From contig JAUCBJ010001931.1 in the NCBI GenBank assembly GCA_032718475.1, positions 1 to 60,379 of the forward strand: a stretch of DNA of 60,379 nt, given 5' to 3'. Origin of the DNA: Nemertoderma westbladi (taxonomy: Eukaryota > Animalia > Xenacoelomorpha). Shown piece after piece: positions 47,901 through 60,379 of this stretch. The position numbers and the translations under genes were made by a program. Numbering within the stretch: position 1 is the first letter of the stretch; every line of letters begins with the position of its first letter. A model generated the notes under the pieces. It saw only the letters and a list, made by a program, of their open reading frames with translations. It did not search any database and had not been told where the DNA came from.

Positions 47901-50900
47901 ACGCACACATTGCACCTATATCCTATTACACCCATATCCTATTACACCCACACATTGCACCCATATCATATTACACGCACACATTGCACCCATATCCTAT
48001 TACACCCATATCCTATTACACCCACACATTGCACCCACATCCTATTACACCCACACATTGCACCCATATCATATTACACGCACACATTGCACCCATATCC
48101 TATTACACCCACACATTGCAACCATATCCTATTACACGCACATTGCACCCATATCCTATTTCACCCACACATTGCACCCATATCCTATTACACCCATATC
48201 CTATTACACCCACACATTGCACCCATATCCTATTACACCCACACATTGCAACCATATCCTATTATACCCACACATTGCACCCATATCCTATTACACCCAC
48301 ACATTGCACCCATATCCTATTTCACCCACACATTGCACCCATATCCTATTACACCCATATCCTATTACACCCACACATTGCACCCATATCCTATTACACC
48401 CACACATTGCACCCATATCCTATTACACCAACACATTGCAACCATATCCTATTATACCCACACATTGCACCCATATCCTATTACACCCACACATTGCACC
48501 CATATCCTATTTCACCCACACATTGCACCCATATCCTATTACACCCATATCCTATTACACCCACACATTGCACCCACATCCTATTACACCCACACATTGT
48601 ACCCATAGACTATTACACCCACACATTGCACCCATATCATATTACACGCACACATTGCACCCATATCCTATTACACCCACACATTGCAACCATATCCTAT
48701 TACACCCACACATTGCACCCATATCCTATTTCACCCACACATTGCACCCATATCCTATTACACCCATATCCTATTACACCCACACATTGCACCCATATCC
48801 TATTACACCCACACATTGCAACCATATCCTATTATACCCACACATTGCACCCATATCCTATTTCACCCACACATTGCACCCATATCCTATTACACCCATA
48901 TCCTATTACACCCACACATTGCACCCATATCCTATTACACCAACACATTGCACCCATATCCTATTACACCCACACATTGCACCCATATCCTATTTCACCC
49001 ACACATTGCACCCATATCCTATTACACCCATATCCTATTACACCCACACATTGCACCCACATCCTATTACACCCACACATTGCACCCATATCATATTACA
49101 CGCACACATTGCACCCATATCCTATTACACCCATATCCTATTACACCCACACATTGCACCCATATCCTATTACACCCACACATTGCACCCATATCCTATT
49201 ACACCCATATCCTATTACACCCACACATTGCTCCCATATCCTATTACACCCACACATTGCACCAATATCCTATTACACCCACACATTGTACCCATATCCT
49301 ATTACACCCACACATTGCACCCATATCCTATTACACCCACACATTGCACCCATATCCTATTACACCCACACATTGCACCCATATCCTATTACACCCATAT
49401 CCTATTACACCCACACATTGCACCCATATCCTATTACACCAACACATTGCACCCATATCCTATTACACCCACACATTGCACCCATATCCTATTACACCCA
49501 TATCCTATTACACCCACACATTGCACCCATATCCTATTACACCAACACATTGCACCCATATCCTATTACACCCACACATTGCACCCACATCCTATTACAC
49601 CCACACATTGCACCCATATCATATTACACGCACACATTGTACCCATATCCTATTACACCCACACATTGCAACCATATCCTATTACACCCACACATTGCAC
49701 CCATATCCTATTTCACCCACACATTGCACCCATATCCTATTACACCCATATCCTATTACACCCACACATTGCACCCATATCCTATTACACCAACACATTG
49801 CACCCATATCCTATTACACCCACACATTGCACCCATATCCTATTTCACCCACACATTGCACCCATATCCTATTACACCCATATCCTATTACACCCACACA
49901 TTGCACCCACATCCTATTACAACCACACAATGCACCCATATCATATTACACGCACACATTGCACCCATATCCTATTACACCCACACATTGCAACCATATC
50001 CTATTACACCCACACATTGCACCCATATCCTATTTCACCCACACATTGCACCCATATCCTATTACACCCATATCCTATTACACCCACACATTGCACCCAC
50101 ATCCTATTACACCCACACATTGCACCCATATCATATTACACGCACACATTGCACCCATATCCTATTACACCCACACATTGCAACCATATCCTATTACACC
50201 CACACATTGCACCCATATCCTATTTCACCCACACATTGCACCCATATCCTATTACACCCATATCCTATTACACCCACACATTGCACCCATATCCTATTAC
50301 ACCCAAACATTGCACCCATATCCTATTACACCCACACATTACACCCATATCCTATTACACCCACACATTGCACCCATATCCTATTACACCAACACATTGC
50401 AACCATATCCTATTATACCCACACATTGCACCCATATCCTATTACACCCACACATTGCACCCATATCCTACTTCACCCACACATTGCACCCATATCCTAT
50501 TACACCCATATCCTATTACACCCACACATTGCACCCACATCCTATTACACCCACACATTGCACCCATATCATATTACACGCACACATTGCACCCATATCC
50601 TATTACACCCACACATTGCAACCATATCCTATTACACCCACACATTGCACCCATATCCTATTTCACCCACACATTGCAACCATATCCTATTATACCCACA
50701 CATTGCACCCATATCCTATTTCACCCACACATTGCACCCATATCCTATTACACCCATATCCTATTACACCCATATCCTATTACACCCACACATTGCACCC
50801 ATATCCTATTACACCAACACATTGCACCCATATCCTATTACACCCACACATTGCACCCATATCCTATTTCACCCACACATTGCACCCATATCCTATTACA

Positions 50901-51976
50901 CCCATATCCTATTACACCCACACATTGCACCCATATCCTATTACACCAACACATTGCACCCATATCCTATTACACCCACACATTGCACCCATATCCTATT
51001 ACACCAACACATTGCACCCATATCCTATTACACCCAAACATTGCACCCATATCCTATTTCACCCACACATTGCACCCATATCCTATTACACCCATATCCT
51101 ATTACACCCACACATTGCACCCATATCATATTACACGCACACATTGCACCCATATCCTATTACACCGACACATTGCAACCATATCCTATTACACCCACAC
51201 ATTGCACCCATATCCTATTTCACCCACACATTGCACCCATATCCTATTACACCCATATCATATTACACCCACACATTGCACCCACATCCTATTACACCCA
51301 CACATTGCACCCATATCATATTACACGCACACATTGCACCCATATCCTATTACACCCACACATTGCAACCATATCCTATTACACCCACACATTGCACCCA
51401 TATCATATTACACCCACACATTGCACCCATATCCTATTACACCCACACATTGCACCCATATCCTATTACACCCACACATTGCACCCATATCCTATTACAC
51501 CCACACATTGCACCCATATCCTATTACACCCACACATTGCACCCATATCCTATTACACCCACACATTGCACCCATATCCTATTACACCCACACATTGCAC
51601 CCATATCATATTACACCCACACATTGCACCCATATCCTATTACACCCACACATTGCACCCATATCCTATTACACCCACACATTGCACCCATATCCTATTA
51701 CACCCACACATTGCACCCATATCCTATTACACCCACACATTGCACCCATATCCTATTGCACAAACACATTGCACCCACATCCTATTACACCCACACATTG
51801 CACCCATATCCTATTACACCCAGACATTACACCCATATCCTATTACACCCACACATTGCACCCATATCCTATTACACCCACACAATGTACCCATATCCTA
51901 TTACACCCACACATTGCACCCATATCCTATTACACCCACACATTGCACCCACATCCTATTACACCCACACATTGCT
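44953..51976. repeat. 29-bp satellite (CACCCACACATTGCACCCATATCCTATTA)n, about 7 kb, built from 13+16-bp subunits
   Basis: Directly visible; free 16-bp subunits are interspersed and rare variants recur 2912 bp apart. Confidence 0.98.
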
Positions 51977-53089
51977 TCCATTGGGCTAATCTTTGTCGTT
52001 GTAGGCCTAGTTGGTCTATAGCGATATAAATGTATCCAAATATATAACTCCGATGCCCAGTTACCATTTCCATCCAATATTGAAATTTTTAAACAGCTCC
52101 GGGACATCGTGTTCCATAATTATGTGCCAGAAATCACACCTTATTACTTCTGGTTGTCCCCAACGCACACAATATTCCAACAAAGCAACACACTACAGTA
52201 TACTAGTAGTAATACACTCTTTATAATAACTCTTTATTGGTTCCACCTCTACATATTTTTTAAGCATATCGAATATGACCAATAAACCGATAAAGGTATG
52301 TAGTATCTCCAGATACTTTTACAGTATATATTTGTATTACTTTCCAGGCTCTGTCGGGGATAACTGATTGAGAATTTAGATAACTACGTATTGGCTTCTT
52401 TTGATTTGGAAAAAACCAATACTCACGATTGTGAACGAATAAACCGAAAAAGTGTAATAAATACCAATAACCAATATAACATCTGCTTCTCGCAATATCC
52501 GGATTAAGATATTTAGGATAACGCAGCAAAGACAGGAGACGTAACTAACCCCTGTTTAGTTTGACTTCATTCGACACATTATAATTAATATTATTCCACT
52601 TCACCCTACAAGATTGACCTTTTTGTAGATATATAGTAGAAAATGTAAAAAATAAGACAGAGACACAACTCTATAATAGTTCTAGAAATAGAGAAGTCCA
52701 CTCAACCATGTCGAAGTCTTTTCACAGATCTACAGTAGAAGGAATCCGATAGCTGGAGTAGGGAATTTTGAGTAATAATTAATTACCTCACACGCCGTCT
52801 GTGTCAAAGAAGTGGTACTTGACTGTTTCTGAAAACCGAATTGAAGTTCATCCACTTTTAAATTTTCCCCTTCAGACAGAAGAAGGACCCATTTAAAAAC
52901 GTATTTAAAGTTTTACGATATGTATATTTTTCTTCTTGCAAGACCCTATGGGCTAGAACGTCAGTTTCTGACTCATAATTTTACGAGGAATCCGAAAATT
53001 TTGATTTAAACCACGTAGACGCAATCCTTTGTTCGCAAATATCTAATGACAGACAAATAGGCATAATGACGGACAGTCAGACAGGCGGA

Positions 53090-53535
53090 CAGACAGTCTA
53101 GATTTCGTGAAATGTGAAAACTGACATCAGAAATGAAATCAAGAACCCGAGAAACCCCCATAGCAAAAATTTTAGTTAGTTTGTATGCTTTCTTAATGTT
53201 TGACGGACAGTCTGACAAAAAGACGGACACAGACAGACAAATTGACAGACAATCTATATTACGTGAAATGTTAAAACTAACATCGGAAATGAAACCACGA
53301 ACCCAAAAAACCTCTTTAGCGAGAATTTTAGTTAGTTAGGATGCTTTATTAATGCTTGACAGACAGTCTGAAAAAAAGACGGACAGACAGACTAACGGGC
53401 AGACAGTCTATATTACGTGAAATGTGAAAACTGACATTGGAAATGAAATCACGAACCCAAAAAACCTCTATGGCGAGAATTTTAGTTAGCCTGTATTCTT
53501 TCTTATGTTTAACAGACAAACAGACCGACAGACAG
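53090..53535. repeat. Three tandem copies of an approximately 156-bp unit, related to sequence at about 1830-2210
   Basis: AGACA(G/A)TCTA...GTGAAATG...GAAATGAAA units start at 53091, 53247 and 53401; CTGACATCAGAAATGAAATC also occurs at about 1833. Confidence 0.85.
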
Positions 53536-53784
53536 AAATGTGAATGGATTTCTAGTGTCGTTTTGAACTCTGAACACTTTTTGAAGAAATTATGAGCGAT
53601 TACCCTTTAGTTTTCGTAAAATTATTCCAAAATGGAAAATGATAGAAGCTATTGTAAGTGTAATAATACCACTAGATAGCCCGCAAAAATTCTCTACCAG
53701 CCTATCCACCATAAATAAAAATATCGATTTTTTTGATATAATCCGTTTGTACTTGACACGCCACAATTGTTCGGCGAGGCCCAA

Positions 53785-53920
53785 CTTACAGTATCTTTAA
53801 TTAATGGAATCATGGAACATACCATTCCATTAGCATATTCGGAACAAATCCATGAGTCAGGAACGCATTAAAAAGCGGAGCTAAACAATTGCTGAGAGGT
53901 TCGCCATCATTAATAAGAGA
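53785..53920 (-). mobile_element. Old LINE reverse-transcriptase-region fragment
   Basis: CLAPLFNAFLTHGFVPNML and MIPLIKD(K) resemble the N-terminal RT region of CR1/L2-like elements. Confidence 0.55.
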
Positions 53921-56900
53921 GTCGGAATTGAAGTTAAACTTACTACTGTAGATAGCAACTTCAATAACGCAATACTGTACAGTAGTTCTGGGGATACCAC
54001 GGTACTTCTAGGCGGAGTGAATATTTTCAGTTTCTCGAGGAGTTCAGATTAAATTTCGCTTACCGGTAAGTTAGAACCATACTGTATGATCTTGGTTATA
54101 TAACTCTGAATGAATCGTTGCGAATTGATCTGCAATATCCTTGGAATCTGAGAATCCACCAACGGAGAGCTACTTTGTACTGAAAGAGACACCACGTATT
54201 TTTCTTATTTCAGTGAATACCAGTAGGTTAATACTATCATGGACTCATATGGTTACTGTATCTTGTACTGTAATAACTTGTCTTTCAACGAACGAATTCT
54301 ACTTCTACCATTTTCGCGACATTTCGCGCCTTGAAAAAGTGGTAGCGTGCTCAGCAACTGTATCCCCCAAAGTAAATAATAGTATTTAATAATTGCAGCT
54401 TGCAGGGATTTATTGTCTTACTAATAATATAATTTTTCAAAACATTTTAACTGGAAAAGCACTAAAATATTCAGTTTACACTGAAACACATCCATTATCA
54501 CTAAAATCTATCAATTATCACTAAATACGGAAAATGGCAGGGCTCGGTGGCTCGTTATCCTAAGCAAAACAATAAAGGAATTTCAATACAACAGGTTCTA
54601 GTTTTTGTTATTGATGGGAAAATAATTAATTATTATAGTGGTAATTAATATATTTTATTGACGGAAAAATATATTTTATAATGACAAAAATTTAGCGTAA
54701 AAAACATTTATTTAGTGGAAAAAGCAACCATTAAGTTACTATAATAAAGATAATTTTTTTTTAATTAATGTAGGTTACTGATAAAAGTAATGTCATAAAC
54801 ATACAGATAAGCAGCTAGCTAGCTACCGTCTTTAAAGTTGAAACTGAAAGTTTTTTTGAAAACCTAAGTTATAGTACCGGCACTGGAACTTTATAGGATA
54901 CTTATTCTCTCCTAGAACTACGATTAGTAGTACCGGTAGTTTAAGAATTAATACTACTGTATTTTTTGTAAGAGTTCGTTGAAACTAAATTAAGTCATTG
55001 CACTTACTAAGAACAGACTAAAGTCGGTCGTTTTTAGTGACAAGCTCTTACAGTCATACCGCCCTAGGATTTACTGACTTATGACTGTCATAGGGGCCTA
55101 CTGCAACTTCACTGACTGCAGCACTGTCTGACCTTACGAATAAGAAGGCTGTTTAGCATATTACCGTTAACGCATTACAGCATTAGGTAGTTAGGTAGGT
55201 CTACTGCAGTACAGCATTTAGCCTGTCAGATTGTTAGCATAGACCATAGAATGAGGAAAAACAACTGCAGAACTGCAGCAGCACTGGCATGGCTGACTGC
55301 ATGACTGGTACATACGCCTAACAGCCTAATGCATACTACAAGGTGGCATGTGAAATGGGATATGAGCGACAACCGGTACAACCTGACTACTGCCTGACTG
55401 CAGTCTGCAGTACTGTCTGTCTGTACAAAATTCCAAAAGTAGCCCTACCTGCCTACACAGTACAGCAGTACACTACCTGACTACACTGGTACACAGCCCA
55501 CAGGCAGACAGGCCACAGCCCCAGACAGCCAGAGCCCAGCAGCCCTACCCGCCTACAGCTGCTGTCTGGCTGTGTATAGCCCTACTTACTCTGCTAGGCC
55601 TAGGCCTACTGCTTCACAGCTACAAGACAAATCTATCAACCCTGCAAGCTGCAACCTACAGACCTACCTGCAGCCGTAGTGCCTATCTGGCAGTCCAGCA
55701 GTCTGGTACACATACTGCTGTACTGAGTAACTGACCTGACATACAGTGATACAGACATACACTACAGCCAGACAGCACTATACAGCCACTGCAGTCAGGC
55801 AGTACAGCAGTACCCCTAACGTACAGTGATGCAGTGCGAGTGCATACAGTGCTGCAGTGTTAGTCTCGGTCTCGCCCTCCTACGTCCTATCCAGCTATCC
55901 CTGCCTGTACCGGCTCACCCTGTCACCAGTCACCAGTTATAGTTCATATCCGTACCGATGGTATTTTCGTATTGCAAAAATAAGACTATAAGTATGAAAT
56001 ACCCTATGTTATTGAGATAATGTTTATTGTTTTGGTTAGAAAAGCCCACCACTGTAACCTGCTCCTTTCCGTTAATTAAGTAATAGAGATTAGTTTATTG
56101 TTTTGGTTAGAAAACACCACCACTGTAACACCATCGGTACGCATATGAACGATAACCGGCTCACCTGATCGGCTGACAGGTAGCCTACCTCTGTCTGTCT
56201 GTACCTCTATCTGTCTATCTGCAATCTGTACTGGCAGACTGGTGTACTCGAATGTACTGTACGTGTACCTTCCACCTTCTGCTGTTCTGCTAACGCGCTA
56301 CCAGCTGCAGCTACTGACTGGTATAGGCCTATCCAAATGCCGAATATCCACCCACCGACAGACAACCGATCCAGTTGATTTCCGACGGTCTGGACCTGTG
56401 GACGGTCCACCGGCTGGACGTGGAACGGCCAGACGCCAGACGGCAACTCTTCGCGCGGCTCAATTCAGCAATTGTAAATGAGAAATGGCGGCGAACGGAA
56501 ACGGAGTTCCTCCATCAAACTATGTGGATTCTGATAAAGTTGAGGTTTGTTTTATGTTTAAGACTCAAAAATCACGTAGGGTGCGGGACATTGGTCAATA
56601 TAGTTGGCATTATATTTAATATCTTGTGGTGGAGCATTGGTTAACCTATCCATCCAATGAGAAGACTGAGTTCATATAGGCCTAATGTTTTAAAAGGATT
56701 GCTATTGGATGAGTTAGTCTCCTGTTCTGATAGTTCAACAGGGTGTCGGACGGAGACTTACAACGCCACACTGCAAATTAATTTCGCTACAGATTTTGAG
56801 ACACTTCGTCACAACTTTATAATTGAACGTACATTTTATTTTTCTCTCTATTCTATTATTTCTTTATTTTCAGGTCATTTTCTATTTATCATACAGATAC

Positions 56901-57787
56901 AGTGCTTTGAACAGTATCGTACGAGGATGAATAAGATTTTGTAATATTATATTAATATTACAACTAACTGTAGTAACAACTACTAGTAGGCCTACCTGAT
57001 TTAAAAAACTCAGTAATTATGTAGTAGATCAATTATATTCGGTATTTCGAATTAATGATTCGTAAATGATTTGGTATTCATATTCGTATCGCATCGATTT
57101 GTATCATTTTCATTTTGAGATGGGTGTCTACTCACGGGGGGTTGGGGCAATCTGAATTAGTAAATGTACTTTAAAATGTTGCTAATGAAATAAAGTTTTG
57201 TTTACTGTTTACAGGTTTAGGTTAGAAAAGACCGACAGACTGACAATCTCCTACAGTAGATTTGCCCAAAGTTTTCCATTATAATTCCCATATGCAGCAC
57301 TAAGAAGGTGATGGGGTTCAAGGTAGATACGGAACATTTCAGCATTGTTTTACTACATAATTTTACTATATAATATACACAATAATTACTGCATGGTTTA
57401 ACTTTAAATCACTACAAGTAGTCTTCTCTCCATCCTCGTGCGATGTTCTTCATCAAAGCACTATTATAATCAGAATATGACCTGTAAATAAAGAAATAGA
57501 GAGAAATACGTTCAATTATAAAGTTGTGACAATAATTCTGGCTCCATGTGGACGATGAGTTGATCTAGTTGTATAAGTTATATGGGGGGGCCGTGTGATC
57601 CGAAAATGGCATTATATTGCGGGTCATTGTGCACAAATTACGCATCTATTAAGGTATTCATTCAATAGATAATGTAAAAGCTGTGAGAATTATTTAGTTT
57701 GTATAACGGCTTTTATTTTAAAATACAGAAATATAACATTATTTTAACTCCTTCCATTAAAAATGGCGTTCACTACTTTTTTTTCAT

Positions 57788-58445
57788 TTTTGTTTTACCT
57801 CCCTCCTCCTTTCTGGGTGAGACAGAATTTATATTTTTGCTTTCATTCTTTAGCTACAAGCGTTTAAAAAAAGGTAAACGATATTGCACCAGTTACACCG
57901 CAGTTTTTCTTCAAGCTTATAATGATTTGTTGCTATTGTTAGAAAGCTGGCCGCGCAAGGGTTGTTAGATCGAAAGTTGTATGGTTTTGCATCTGTGTAA
58001 GGCAACTTTATTCTATTTAATAATTACTCCATATTCTAGAACATATTGTTAATGTATGAATACGAATAGCGACGTACTATTATGATTGAGGAGGTATTGC
58101 ATTGTTTCCAAGTTACGTATTGGACAAACAAAATGTTCCAGAATATTAAGCATTTATTAAATAGAATATAATAGCCTCGCCAAGATCCAAAACTATGCAA
58201 CTTTTGATCGCTCCTATCTCAGCTATTTACGACGGAATTTAGATTGTGTTACATATTTGGAATCCTTGCACGGCCAGCTTTCTAACAGTATCAACAAATC
58301 ACTATAAGGTTGAAGAATTACTGCGGTGTAATTGGTGCAATATCGTCGGTGACACCTTTTTCAATCGCTTGTAGCTAAAGATTGAAAGCAAAAATAAAAA
58401 ATTATGGCTCACCCAGCAAGGAGAGGAGAGGGAGGTGAAACAATC
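57788..58445. repeat. Diverged inverted pair of about 175-bp arms; same family as 40785-40950
   Basis: 57790-57962 is the reverse complement of 58262-58443 (GTTAGAAAGCTGGCCG vs CGGCCAGCTTTCTAAC; CTTTAGCTACAAGCG vs CGCTTGTAGCTAAAG). Confidence 0.8.
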
Positions 58446-58545
58446 TGTTTTTAATTTCATGCAATCTCATTAAGTAAGGTTTGTAGACATTTTTTTTTTT
58501 TTTTTTTGGGGGGGGGGGGGGGGGGTTAGGTACCTGAATAACGAC

Positions 58546-59448
58546 CAAGGCGTACTATATACAAGGCCATGCCATCGAGTTAACTGGGGGCGGTGACTGG
58601 GGGCAAGATTTTTTTTACAACAATTTGATATTTTGACATGGGGAAAGTTCTATAAATTTTCATTTGCTGCAATTTGGTCAATGGACGTAATTGATGCATC
58701 CTCGTTAAGTACGAAACAAAATTTTATCAGTTTAGCTAGTAATTTCGACACTGGTTCCGACATCCTACTTCCCTCTATAAATATTTTGTAGTAGCTAGTT
58801 CTTATTACTATTTGTATAGAAAATGTTCCAGAAGATGTTAGCTATTAATTTTTAAAAAAAATTATGTTCTAGAACAAATATTTTTTGTTCTAGAACATTT
58901 TTTAGAATGAAATCTGGATTCTATTTAAAACGCATGGAATCGTTCTAAAACGTGTTTAAAATCAATAAAAAAAATTGTTTTCACAACATTTTTTTTTCAC
59001 AATTTTTTTATTGATTTTAAACACGTTTTAGAACGATTTCATGCGTTTTAAATAGAATCCAGATTTCTTTCTAAAAAATGTTCTAGAACAAAAAATATTT
59101 GTTCTAGAACATATTTTTTTTTAAATGAATAGCTAACATGTTCTGGAACATTTTCTGTACAAATAGTAATAAGAACTAGCTACTACAAAATATTTATAGA
59201 GGGAAGTAGGATGTCGGAACCAGTGTCGAAATTACTAGCTAAACCTATCTAAAACACTAGCTACCATAAAATGTTGTATCGTACTTAACGAGGAGACTTC
59301 AATTACCTCGATTGACCAAATTGCAGCAAATGAAAATTGATAGAACTCTCCCCATATCAAAATATCAAATTGTTGTAAAAAAAAATCTTGCCCCCAGCCA
59401 CCGCCCCCAGTTAACTCAATGGCATGGCCTTGTTTACAGTACGCCTTG
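58546..59448. mobile_element. 903-bp foldback (near-fully palindromic) non-autonomous element with CAAGG termini and 8-bp TSD; P-superfamily-like
   Basis: CAAGGCGTACT...AGTACGCCTTG flanked by ATAACGAC (58538-58545 and 59449-59456); arms of about 430-450 bp around a loop of about 20 bp. Confidence 0.88.
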
Positions 59449-60379
59449 ATAACGACACTATATTCCAGGACATGGTGTACTACAATCGTCCACCTCACAA
59501 ACTTTTTAACGTGTTTTTGTCAATTCCTTAAAAATGTGAGCTATTTATTATACTTATAATATTAAAAAGGTTTGAGAATAATTATTTTTAATTCTAGAAA
59601 TTATAAAAGCTAAAAAAAATCTAGAGATTTTAAAGATCTATATTTTAATAATATTGCTATTTTTATAAGTGAGTTCTAGAACATTAATTTTATTCTCATA
59701 TTTTTTCTACAGTAGAAACGGGCCTAACGGCCCGTGATGGAACCGCCTGGTTAACCAAGGTCAACTAAAACTAAACTCATTACCGGCTCTTCGCATGCTC
59801 TGGACAAGTTTCGTTTAAGTGTCGAGATTTATTACAGTACAGTATGTTCCCACAGTGAACTAACTTTTTGTGCAAAAGAATTGTCCATCCATAATTGTTG
59901 ATTTTTTTGGATCAATGTTATCGATTTTTGATCTATAGGCCTATTATTTTTTGTACTAAAACTTGGTTCAGTCCCACTGTGTTCCATGGTGTGGGCCAAT
60001 ATGATAACTCCCACACCGGTACCTATAGATCGCTGCCCAAACTGTGGGTTGTGACCCACATATGGGGTGTAGAGAGAGACCGTTGTATGGGATGTTCCTA
60101 TCGAGTATGAGCCTATATGTTTTTTCGTTTATGTCTAGTCGAGATTTATCGAGTTTCAGTTTCGGCAAATCAGAGCGTCCCCCAACCCAATCATAGACCC
60201 CCGGCCCAACCGGGTCCTGTAACTATTTTAATTAATTTGATATTATTCCTCTTTAATTGTTATTGAATTTTAAAAATGATATGAATTCATATAGTTAGAT
60301 CATATAGCTACTTTGTATTGATCTAGGGAATGTAATTTGATTATAAAAATGTTTCTTTTATAATTTTGAAAAAACATGA

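Noticed and set aside
26498-51976. CRISPR-like arrays
   Set aside because: The repeats are head-to-tail with no unique spacers, there are no cas genes, and the context is eukaryotic.
44906-52029. His/Pro/Thr-rich ORFs up to 2199 aa
   Set aside because: Same artefact: a nearly G-free strand of a 29-bp satellite is open in all frames with no frame preservation.
2796-58525. Several poly-C/poly-G runs of 15 nt or more (2796, 14911, 19541, 19713, 31484, 44133, 58508)
   Set aside because: Mostly inside transposon relics, with lengths prone to sequencing error; no evidence of function.

Overview
AT-rich, repeat-dense genomic DNA from a eukaryote, most likely an invertebrate animal. Recognisable genes are a terminal ShK-toxin-domain exon; three co-oriented single-exon genes on the minus strand (SNRNP25, RABEPK, CCDC51/MITOK); a two-exon ABHD18; a two-exon LAMP-family (LAMP5-like) gene whose LAMP domain is split by an acidic insertion of about 590 aa; and an intronless DUF6940-like gene of a mainly microbial family, lying between two large satellite arrays. 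The rest is transposon remnants and tandem arrays. The remnants include Penelope GIY-YIG with a decayed hammerhead, piggyBac, BEL/Pao, RTE and L2 LINEs, several MITEs with readable target-site duplications (TSDs), and a 903-bp P-like foldback element. The arrays have 12, about 17, 20, 29 and about 156 bp units. TA-N(2-5)-TA words resembling Tc1/mariner-type excision footprints are common throughout, including inside a satellite monomer and inside a dead LINE ORF. Family calls are from recalled motifs, not database searches. The long ORFs in the satellites are artefacts.
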